From NCBI RefSeq assembly GCF_006345805.1, contig NW_021831891.1, positions 1 through 33,604 on the forward strand: a DNA stretch of 33,604 bases, given 5' to 3'. The position numbers and the translations under genes were made by a program. Source of the stretch: Octopus sinensis. Lineage: Eukaryota. Every line of letters starts with the position of its first letter. Position 1 is the stretch's first letter. Below, in pieces: positions 23,740 through 33,604 of the stretch. Below the pieces are notes generated by a model. That model saw only the letters and a program-made list of their open reading frames with translations, searched no databases and was not told where the DNA came from.

Positions 23740-23885
23740 CGGAACTATGGCGGCTGAAAATTGGTGTCTGACTTTTCGCAAAGCATTGTGGGATTGTCGT
23801 CTGAATGATTTCAATGGCGCGAGATTCAGTTTTTTATTGAAATTTTTATTGAATATTGGTCCTGCAGAGTGAAAGAAGTAAGTAA
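23740..23885 (+). promoter_or_regulatory. Candidate promoter / first exon (ZNF143/Staf-like and YY1-like motifs, splice donor GTAAGT at 23878)
   Basis: gcattgtgggattgtcgtc (23783-23801) resembles the reverse complement of the ACTACA..TCCCA.AATGC motif. ATGGCGGC lies at 23747. Motif evidence only. Confidence 0.3.
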
Positions 23886-23967
23886 GAAATTATTATTAGA
23901 CTGGAGAATGATACTCCACATCCCCATTAAGGACTTTTTCGTTTTCAATGTACTCGAGTGTTGTTGT

Positions 23968-24258
23968 TTATGTTATTGTTGTGAAGTGTGGTTGCATGTT
24001 CGAAATGTAATTAGATAAGTTGTCAACAGACATTCTAACTGATTTGTCAGTCGAGAAGCATACAATCTCTCTATTTTTTAATTTGTTAAGGCCTTTCTTA
24101 ATTTTGGTGTCAAGATCACGGGTCTTATTTTTTGTTCGTTTTTGTTTATGCCTTTGGGTGTAATTAGAGAAAGCTGACAGGAGTTTGGATTTAGTAAGGG
24201 TAAACTTTGCTGTACTGGAACGAAAACAATTGCAGCATGGAAGGTGTTTATAAGCCAT
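23968..24258 (-). mobile_element. Probable decayed Penelope-like element fragment (region just N-terminal to RT)
   Basis: KKGLNKLKNREIVCFSTDKSVRMSVDNLSNYI resembles the L..L....IV...(T/A)DK(S/G)...V....Y pre-RT motif of PLEs. Recognised from memory, with no RT core nearby. Confidence 0.4.
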
Positions 24259-24630
24259 TTAAGAAACACACAAAAGCCGTTAGATTCACTTTAATATTTA
24301 AATTCAATTTGTCAAAATATTTTCGTTGTTTTGAGACTGCGACTTCACTGACAAAATTCCGTGCTGCATCTGAGAAAGTAACAGTTAGTTCATGATATAT
24401 ATGTACGTACGTATGTATGTATGTGTTTATGTATGTATATGTGTACATGTATGTGCGCATGCCTATAAGCATGTATGTATGTACTTACGTATGTGAGTAT
24501 TTAGGAGAAATAGACGTGTCTGTGTGTGTACATGTGTATGTACTTGCGAACGTATGTTTATGTAATATGTGTCAGTTCAATTTGTATACTTGACTGTTAC
24601 CTAGCCACTCGCTATGCAAGTACATCTCTT

Positions 24631-24724
<94 letters not shown>
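24631..24724. repeat. (TC)n(TA)n(GA)n compound microsatellite forming an 80-bp perfect palindrome
   Basis: Direct reading of the sequence. Confidence 0.95.
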
Positions 24725-24726
<2 letters not shown>

Positions 24727-25289
24727 CAGATTGTAACATAGATAAATATATAGACAGAAATAGATAGTCAAAAGAAGAATAGACATACCAACTACCAAAC
24801 ACCTAGAAAGATAGACTGCTTGATAGCTCGATAGATATATAGATAAATAGATAGATGCTTATGTTTTTTTATTGCTACTCATCACTCATTTTGTCCATTT
24901 TATGTTTCTCACCTGTACTGCTCTTTGTAAAGAATTAGCAAACTGAGCTGTTTTGCAATAAAGGCTTGAATGGATTGAGAGCTATATGATAAACTGGTGA
25001 AGGAAGCATGGATTTAAACTCTGCCTTATTAATTGCTCATTGGTGAAATAGCATAAAAGATATTGTTTATGGTTAAGATTTCTTAATTAATATCAGTTTC
25101 TATATTAGTGTATGCATCTTTAGTGAAATGATGATGAACTCTCTTACAATATGACTATGTGAATTGCTGAAATTATGGTATATTGTAAATTTCATGAATA
25201 TTTGAATGACAGGAAAGCTATCCTGTTTCCTAACATGCAGATTTATTTTTCCCAAGTCATTTGATTAATTGGTCATGTTTGTAAAACAG

Positions 25290-25495
25290 GGGAATGCCTC
25301 AAATTTTAGAGGAAGTGGTTAATTGATTAAATTGATCTTATTACTTGACTTGCACTTTTTTTATCAACCATTAAAGGAAGAGAAACAAAGTTAGCCTCAA
25401 CAGGATTTGAAACTAGAATATAAAGAGCTGGTAGAAATATTGGAAGGTATTTTGGCAACACTCTAACAATTGTGCCTTTCCACTATCTTAAGTTT
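25290..25495 (-). mobile_element. Highly decayed SINE of a second family
   Basis: ttgattaaattgatc..tacttgact..ttttatcaacc..aaaggaagagaaacaaagttagcctcaacaggatttgaaactagaa resembles a common octopus SINE read in reverse, including a reversed B-box-like gatttgaa(c). Recognised from memory. Confidence 0.5.
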
Positions 25496-26214
25496 AATAG
25501 AATAAAATCTGTGAATGAATTTTGATGAATTTCTTGTGTAGTTTTAATGAAAGTTGGTCTCACATTGCTTGCATTTATATCTTTCCTGAGACATGTAAAA
25601 GTTTCCATTTGTATAATACTTGGCTGCTTGTCACTTCAAATAAAGAGTAGTGAACTGATATTAAAGCCAAAATTTTCCTTTCGCTACTATTAGGATGTTT
25701 TTCATTTTTACTTTCAGGGTTAAAAAATGAATGATTACACTTATTGGTTTACATGCGAACTTTTGTTTATTTTATATCCTTCTATATGTTGGATATGCAA
25801 ATTTCACGAAGCGGGGATAGACACAACTGTCTTCACACAACCTACTTCAGATTACTCCACTAAACACAATACTCTAATAAATAGAAACTCTGAACAATGT
25901 CAGCAACTTCCATGAACTCCCAATGACTCTCTTTGTCTCAACCAATATGCTAATTTTTTTATAAGAGTTTTGCTAGTCCATTCTTCCAATCCCATAGGGG
26001 TGCCAATGACTCTCACCACAACAGTTTATACATGTATATTTTACCAAAACAAGTATCCCCATGCAAAGCTTCACCTGTATGTAAGTACATAACTTTTTTG
26101 TTAATTTAAGTTTTCTGTTAGTTAACCACAGCTGTTTGTACATTGAACACCTGTTTCTCTGTGTATATTGAACAATTTCCATAAGATATATATGTTTGCA
26201 AATGTAAAATATGT

Positions 26215-26345
26215 TTGTTTCCCAATGCCATGGTTTAGGGTCTAGTTCTACTGTGTGGCATTTTGGGCAAGAGTCTTCGACTATAGGTAGGGATCAACAA
26301 ATGCATTTTTAGTGAAAGTCGTTGATGGGAACTATATGAAGCTTA
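26215..26345 (+). mobile_element. Decayed SINE 5' half
   Basis: catggtttagggtctagttctactgtgtggcattttgggcaagagtcttcgactatag aligns to 21482-21540. Confidence 0.65.
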
Positions 26346-26499
26346 TTGCATGTGTGTGTATACACCATATCAATTATGTGATGCATGTTATAGGTAACTG
26401 TTGACAAAAAGTGCAAAATACTCATTGAAAAATCAAAATAATTTAGAGTAATGTCAAGAAGGGATGTAGAATGGATAGTGAAAGGTCTGGCTTGGAAGG

Positions 26500-27020
26500 T
26501 GTCCCACAGTATTGCAGCCTGGGCCTATGTGTCATCTTGCTACTGCAAGAGAGTACAGACCATTGAATGTTTGTGAAATATTGGCATCTAAGATTATGAA
26601 CTCTTTGGATTTACTGATTACCTTGATGTCAGTGAGATTGCCATTGTCAAACAAGAGATTTGTTACCTTAGTAAGTGTCTACCCTCCAACCATGTGTTCC
26701 TCTGAAGAGAAAAAAAAAGACTAATATTTTATCTTTAATGAAAAAAGCTTCTGTGCAGTATTCTTTCTGCTTATAAAATCTTCATATTTGGTGATTTCAA
26801 TGAAAGCATTTGCAGAGATAAAAAAATTTGGGATATAATTGGGAAACATGAAGCCAGAAAATGCAATAGTAATGGCTTGTTTAGTACTGCAAATGTGTTC
26901 GATTTTTGCATATACTGGGTAACTGTCAATCTCCTAGTGTGGAGCATGCTGTATTTGAGCACCAAATATGTGGGAGTATTTATGTGATCAAGATGAAAGG
27001 CAATTAGGTCTCTCATTAAT
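26500..27020 (+). mobile_element. Decayed RTE-BovB-like endonuclease fragment
   Basis: LMSVRLPLSNKRFVTLVSVYPPTMCSSEEKKKD, then IFIFGDFNESICRDKKIWDIIGKHEARKCNSNGL, matching RTE EN motifs (AYAPT, GDFNARVG, GKCNSNG). Confidence 0.85.
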
Positions 27021-27672
27021 TTCTGTTTGGTGAGTTGGCCCTGAGGAAAAATCTAGGCAACAAATTGAAATTAAGGCATGAATGCATTAGAGACACTTAG
27101 AGGATCTAGATCAAATTAGAGAAGGTGAAAACATCACAAAGTTTTTGATGGAAAAAATTGTTTCATGTTGGAATGAGTGAATTTGAATGAATGTCAATAA
27201 AATCTTAGTGTGCATGAAAAGCTTGAGAGAGATTTTTGAAAAGGTCTTAATATTAATGTTTCCATTGTGTTTTGCTTCAAAAACTACATAGACATGACAG
27301 AATTAAATAGACATCCTTATAATTGTTAAAATTTATTTAAATTATTTATTAATTATTATAATGTGAATATCTAATATTTAGTAGACAGGCTCCTTGCATT
27401 TTTGAATGCAAGGACCCTAGCAGGCATGCTACTGATCTGATGAATATTCTCTTCATGATTTTCTTGCCAAGTTTCTTGCAGTAATATCAAAAGATCTGGC
27501 TTTAAGGATGCTTTCTTTTTCTTTTTAGGAAGTATCCCATCCATCATGCCTCAGAGGTGTTCAGTAGGGTTCATATCTGGTGATTGGCTTAGCTATGGAA
27601 GCTTTTTAATGCCATTCTCTTCCAACCAATCCTGGGTCTTTTAGTTGTGCAAGAAAGCCCTATCTTCCATAA

Positions 27673-30600
27673 ATCATCATCATCATCATCATTTAGCGTC
27701 CGCTTTCCATGCTAGCATGGGTTGGACGGGTCAACTGGGGTCTGTGAAGCTGGAAGGCTTCGTCAGGCCCAGTCAGATCTGGCAGTGTTTCTACGGCTGG
27801 ATGCCTTCCTAACGCCAACCACTCTGCGAGTGTAGTGGGTGTTTTTTACGTGCCACCTGCACAGGTACCAGACAGAGCTGGCGAACGGCCATGAACGGAT
27901 GGTGCTTTTACGTGTCACCGGCACGGGGCCAGGCGATGCTGGCAACGGACACGAACGGATGGTGCTTTTACGTGCCACCGACACGGGGCCAGACAGAGCT
28001 GGCAAACGGCCACGAACGGACGGTGCTTTTACGTGTCACCGGCACGGGGGCCAGCCGAGGCTGACAACGAACACGAACGGATGGTGCTTTTACGTGCCAC
28101 CAACATGGGGCCAGACAGAGCTGGCAAACGGCCACGAACGGACGGTGCTTTTACGTGTCACCGGCACGGGGGTCAGCCGAGGCTGGCAACGGACGCGAAC
28201 GGATGGTGCTTTTACGTGCCACCGACACGGTTGCCAGACAGAGCTGGCGAACGGCCACGAACGGACGGTGCTTTTACGTGTCACCGGCACGGGGGCCAGC
28301 TGAGGCTGGCAACGGACACGAACGGATGGTGCTTTTACGTGCCACCGACACGGGGGCCAGGCAGAGCTGGCAAACGGCCACGAGCGAATGGTGCTTTTAC
28401 GTATCACCGGCACAGGTGCCAGACGAGGCTGACAGCGGACACGAACGGATGGGTCACTTAACCCCTGCTTTCTGATATATGATTTGATTTTGATTGTTCT
28501 CACTGGTCTTGCCGGGTCTTCTGACGCACAGCATACTTCCATAGGTCTCGGTCTCTGGTCATTTCCTTGGTGAGACCTAGAGTTCGAAGGTGGTGCTTCA
28601 CCACCTCGACCCAGGTTTTCCTGGGTCTACCTCTTCCACAGGTCCCCTCAACTGCCAGGGTGTGGCACTTTTTCACACACCTATCTTCATCCATTCTCGC
28701 CACATGACCATACCAGTGCAATCGTCTCTCTTGCACACAACATCTGATGCCTCTTAGGTCCAACTTTTCTCTCAAGGTACTTACACTCTGTCGACTATGA
28801 ACACTGACATTACACATCCAACGGAGCATACTAGCTTCATTTCTCGCGAGCTTACGCATGTCCTCAGCAGTCACGGCCCATGTTTCACTGCCATGTAGCA
28901 TGGCTGTTCGTACACATGCATCATACAGTCTGCCTTTTACTCTGAGCGAGAGGCCTTTAGTCACCAACAGAGGTAAGAGCTCCCTAAACTTTGCCCAGGC
29001 TATTCTTACTCTAGCCGTTACACTTTCAGCACACCCACCCCCACTACTGACTTGGTCACCAAGATAACGGAAGCTATCAACTACTTCTAGTTTTTCCCCC
29101 TGGAAAGTGACGGAAGTTGTTTTCTGCAGATTTTCAGAGGTTAATGCTCCCGAGCATCTACCACATACAAAAACCATCTTCCTAGTTAGCCTTCCTATGA
29201 CATTGCTGCACCTCTTATGTGTCCATAGCTTACACTTGGTGCATCTTATAGAGTTTCTACCTACACCTTTTCTACAGATCGAGCAGGGCCATCTACCTGA
29301 AGGCGTTTGTGATTTGTCTACCTTCCTACTTATTATGACTTTGGTTTTAGCTAGGTTGACTCTAAGGCCCTTCGATTCTAAACCATGCTTCCACACCTGA
29401 AACTTCTTCTCCAGTTCTGATAATGATTCAGCAATTAGAGCAAGGTCATCAGCATAGAGGAGCTCCCAGGGGCATCCTGTCTTGAATTCCTCCGTTATTG
29501 CCTGGAGGACTATGATAAATAGGAGGGGGCTGAGGACTGAGCCTTGGTGGACCCCAACCTCTACCCGGAATTCTTCACTGTACTCATTGCCAACCCTCAC
29601 CTTACTAGCAGCGTCCTGTACATGGCTTGCACAGCTCTCACTAACCATTCATCTATTCCTAGTTTCCTCATTGACCACCATATGAGGGATCGGGGGACCC
29701 TGTCGAAGGCTTTCTCCATGTCAACAAAAGCCAGGTACAGGGGCTTATCTTTGGCTAGGTATTTCTCCTGCAGCTGCCTTACCAGGAATATAGCATCAGT
29801 GGTACTTTTCCCTGGCACGAACCCAAACTGCATCTCATCTAAACTAACTCTCTCTCTAATTAGTTGGCTTATGACCCTCTCTGTAACCTTCATCACCTGA
29901 TCCAACAGCTTGATACCCCTGTAATTATTTGTATCTAGGGCATCACCTTTACCTTTGTAGCAGTTGACTATTATGCTGCTACACCAGTCATAGGGTATGA
30001 CTCCTTCATGTATCACCTGATTAACTATACAGGTGACTAGGCTATAGCCGACACTACCAGATATTTTGAGCATCTCTGCAGTGATACCTGATGGGCCTGG
30101 GGCTTTCCCTGTCTTCGTGCTTCTAATTGCTTTAGCTACCAAGGAACTATCAACCCTGATAGCTGGTCCCTCTGTTGGTTCAATGTTCGGCAGACTCTCT
30201 TTATCCCATTCATTTTCTTTATTCAGCAACCTTTCATAGTGGCATCGCCAAGCCTCTCTCTTTGCATCCTCGTTTAGCGCAAGTGAACCATCTTCCATGC
30301 GAACACACTTCTCTCCCACCACATCACAATTCTCTCTCACACACAACGCGAAACACCTCCAGTCTTTGGTCCTCACGGCGCAGAACATTGGCAAATTTTT
30401 TCTTATCTGCTTCCCCTCTGGCTAGATAGACCTGTCTCCTAGCTTCCCTTTTAGCAGTCTGATACAATTCCCTGCTACCACTATTCTTCCAGTGCTTCCA
30501 AGTCTGTCTCTTTTCTCTAATAGCCCTGTCTACGACACTGTTCCACCACCACATTACCTTGGGACGAGAGGGGACCTTGCACCAGCCACAGATCTGGTCA

Positions 30601-31434
30601 GTGGCTCTCAGCAGGTTGTCCCTTAGAAACGTCCAGTTGCCCTCTACCCCATGTGATACTCTATCCCCTTCTACTTCATCAAAGGCTTCAAGTAACATGT
30701 CTCTAAATCTCTGTCCATTCACAGGATCCTTAAGCTTCCAGATCCTTCTTCTCCATGTTGGTCGTCTTCTGGTTGTCCTCCTACTCCTGATCCTAAAGTC
30801 ACTAACTACCAGTCTATGTTGTGGGGTGCATTCTTCGCCTGGGAAGGTTTTGGCATTTATAAGTAGCCATCTCTCCCTTTGCCTGGCAAGGATGTAGTCA
30901 ATTTGGCTGGTATGTTGGCCCGATCGGTAGGTGAGTAGGTGGCTGGTAGGTTTCCTGAAGTTAGTGTTGCAAATCATAAGATTATTTGCATCGCAGAACT
31001 CCAGCAGCCTGGTTCCCTCCTCGTTGCAGGAACCAGAGCCATAGCCTCCATGTACGCCATGGAAGCCCCCAGCATGTCGTCCAACGTGACCATTGAAGTC
31101 ACCAGCCACAAAGAGAAGGTCTCTGTCGTTCGTCAACGAGGTAGTCTGCAGTAGAGTGTCATAGAATCGGTCTTTCTGTCCATCAGGTAGCCCCAACTGA
31201 GGAGCATAGGCTGATATAATGGTCGCTAATCTAATCTTAAGTATTCTGTCGCATACTCTGATTACCTCAATTACTTTATCTACCCATTTCTCAGCGATAA
31301 GTATACCCACGCCTCCAACCCCATCAGTGTTCCCTGCCCAGAAAATCTTGTACCTGTGTTCCTTGCCTGTGAGGAACCTAGAAGAACCTCCTCTCCACCT
31401 TACTTCTTGCATGCAACATATATCCACATGCAAC
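27673..31434 (-). mobile_element. RTE-X-type LINE, 5'-truncated within the endonuclease. ORF2 with two frameshifts, long 3' UTR, (ATG)n tail
   Basis: EN motifs VDICCMQEVRW, AYAPQ, GDFNGHVG, QIDYIL and QHRLVV. RT motifs NYRGIKLL, QFGFVPG, FVDMEKAFDRVPR, GVHQGSVLSPLLF and LLYADDL. A Cys-rich insert precedes FRYLG. The 3' end contains ggctggatgccttcctaacgccaacc and ends in catcatcat. Confidence 0.95.
27845..28452. repeat. GC-rich ~61-bp minisatellite, ten units alternating types A and B (~122-bp dimer x5), in the RTE-X 3' UTR
   Basis: Unit starts alternate gtgccacc and gtgtcacc at ~27850, 27912, 27972, 28033, 28093, 28155, 28216, 28278, 28339 and 28401. Confidence 0.93.
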
Positions 31435-32985
31435 ATATAGTGTTATTTAATCATTTTACCCCTGAGGGTTATAGGAAGAAGATTTTTCTATAATATGGAC
31501 ACATTTATCTGAGTTTATGTATCCCTCACATTCCACCATTTCTGATTGACTATTGCTCCAAACTGCTCTCCAGACCATCACATGTTTCATTGTTGGCTGC
31601 AATATATTCACGTGAAAATATTGGTGACTGATTCTCCAGACCCACATTCGACCAGTGTCAGAAAATACAGCAAATCTGGATTCATCAGAGAATTTGACAG
31701 TGTCCCAAAGTGCTAGTGACCTCTCTACCATCTCACTTGTCCAATCTTTTCTCCATTTGATGTTGGCTGGTCGAAGCAGTGTCTTCTTTCTTGCTGCTCT
31801 GCCATAATAGCCAATTTTGCGGAGATAATTGACAGCTATTCTGGGACTGACATCAACTTATTCTGCTGTATTGGAGGCCTTGCAATGAGGATTATCTTAC
31901 ACACTTCTCTTAAGAAAGCAAAGTGTTCTGTCAGAGGGCCTTAGTCTACCTGGGTAAGGTGATATGGACTACTTTCACGTTTAGTGAATTGAAAAATTAC
32001 TCTATTTACTGTAGAAAGTGGAATCACAATGTTTTCTGTGGTTTTAGGCTAAGTCAGCCTTGAAATAGGCGCAGCATATGGCCTCTTTGTAAATTGGACA
32101 TTTTTAAGGCTTCTTTTGTACATGGCATGATTAAACAGTTACATATAGAACATGAAACATATAAATGTCAATTAATAAAAAAAATATAAACCTCTTCAAG
32201 TTATAATAACCATAAAACAATGTGTTAATGGGTATCTATTTACTTTTGTCATGTTTGTGTACAAATGTATCATTTGTTAGAACTGCACTTTGAAAGAAAA
32301 AGAAAACCTTTAGTAGAAAATTAGCATTAGCTACGACAACGTTACCCAACTATTAAATCTTATATTTTTCAAACTCATGCTAGGATGGAAAAATGAACGT
32401 AGGTATGAGACTTATTTTTACACATGTATTGATGCATATAAAACATGAAATTATGTTGTCTACATACTTAAATACTTGCAATTAATTCATTGTAAGAACA
32501 TAGAATTTTGACAGGTTTTCTTGAGTTGTTGCTCATCTACAATAATCTGATAAGTTTGAGGTTATTGTTGGTTGCATAAGATTGTCATTGAATTTTCTCT
32601 CTACAGAAATATCTAATCATCATTTTATCCATACTAGCATGGGTTGTGTGTGTCATGTTGATATCTGTTTCAGTTTAATTCCCTCTGCAATAGTTTCTTT
32701 TTTTTGTGTATGGTACTTTCATAAAATACAGTTGTCTCTTGCCTTACACAGTATTCTGTTTCTTAGTTCACTTTTGCACAATTTTGCTCATTTTCCTCTA
32801 TTTGTTTCTTTTTGTTTTTACAAATATAGAAGTAGTACTTGCTTCAGTTTCTCATATTTTGTTAAATATTTTTGAATTTGAAATATTAAAATTGATTTCA
32901 CTGGAAATGAAAATTCAATGTATAAAATTAACTTTAAACTAGATGTTCAGCATCAAATGCAAAAGTTTTACAAAAAGAATTGTCC

Positions 32986-33604
32986 TCATCATCATCATCA
33001 TCATTTAATGTCCATTTTCTATGCTGGCTTGGGTTGCACAGTTTCATCAGGACTGTAAGCTGAGGGTCTGCAGCAGACTCCAGTCTTGATTTGTCATTGT
33101 TTCTATGGCTGGATGCCCTTCTTAACATCAAGCACTCCATGAGTGTTGTGGGCAGGGGTTGTGAAAAAATTAATTGATGGGAAATTAATTACAATATATT
33201 GTCTTCTAAGGCACGGCATGTCATGAAAGGTGTCAGTCATTAGTCATTGCCTTTATAAGTTCCAACAGTCAAAGATCATGCATTACCACCTTGTCCAATG
33301 CCTTCTTATGTCTACTTCTTCTGCCATGTAGCATAGTTGTCTGCACAGGTATAATAAATCTGGCTTTCACTCTGAAGGAGAGACCCTTAGTTACTAAACA
33401 GAGGAAGGAGCTCTCTGAATTTGCTCAGCCTATTTTTATTCTTGCAGCCTCACTCTTGGTTCATCCACCTCTGCTACTGACTTTGTTGCTCAACAATCTT
33501 TATCGTACTCCTCTGGTATTTGATGAAGCCCATTTTCTGTACACTTTTAGTGTTTACTGTACATGTGCACCTTCCACATGCAAAAAATATTTTCCCAGTT
33601 TACC
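32986..33604 (-). mobile_element. Older, more decayed RTE-X copy (3' end and RT C-terminal region), cut by the window end
   Basis: The (CAT)n tail and ggctggatgcccttc match 27675-27830. The stretch 33325-33590 aligns with 28905-29180. Confidence 0.88.

Larger units (their letters stand above)
27287..32259 (-). mobile_element. Complete decayed Tc1 DNA transposon (~1211 bp of its own sequence) split by an RTE-X LINE
   Basis: TIRs TA|CATAGACATGACAGAATTAAATAGACATCC at 27287 and (reverse complement) TA|CACAAACATGACAAAAGTAAATAGATACCC at 32259, flanked by TA. The transposase runs from the ATG at ~32128 through GRAARKKTLL and FSDESRF, then after the insertion FMED...SQSPDMNPTEHL...SMPARV...STKY* (stop at 27371). 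Many stops. Confidence 0.93.

Noticed and set aside
27839-28542. Four overlapping 100-154 aa ORFs
   Set aside because: They are by-products of the GC-rich 61-bp minisatellite.
28858-31440. Plus-strand ORFs (28858, 29107, 29482, 29544, 30175, 30559, 30939, 31219)
   Set aside because: They are antisense shadows of the RTE-X ORF2.
32582-32942. Hydrophobic 97 and 78 aa ORFs
   Set aside because: They start at non-ATG or weak codons in T-rich low-complexity DNA and contain no recognisable motif.

Overview
AT-rich, microsatellite-dense animal genomic DNA, most likely cephalopod (Octopus-like). That assignment rests on my recollection of the SINE and LINE families, not on a search. I found no supportable host protein-coding gene, rRNA, tRNA gene or CRISPR array. 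The window is mostly transposon and satellite sequence. LINEs: two decayed RTE-BovB-type fragments, three CR1-group LINEs (one with an in-frame deletion of the RT core), and a 5'-truncated RTE-X LINE plus an older copy. DNA elements: a complete Tc1 transposon split by the RTE-X LINE, two non-autonomous Helitron-like elements and a probable Penelope-like remnant. About ten copies or fragments of a tRNA-headed SINE share a 3' end with one of the CR1 LINEs. An ~8.8 kb array of an 87-bp hairpin-containing satellite abuts a short 120-bp satellite. Three insertion events can be reconstructed to the base from the window alone, using paralogous empty sites or a rejoinable reading frame. Interval 22.1-25.9 kb has weak hints of promoter and exon signals. 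I found no convincing new biological system. The best leads are the SINE/LINE partnership, the structured satellite, a foldback element and the hairpin minisatellite in the RTE-X 3' UTR.
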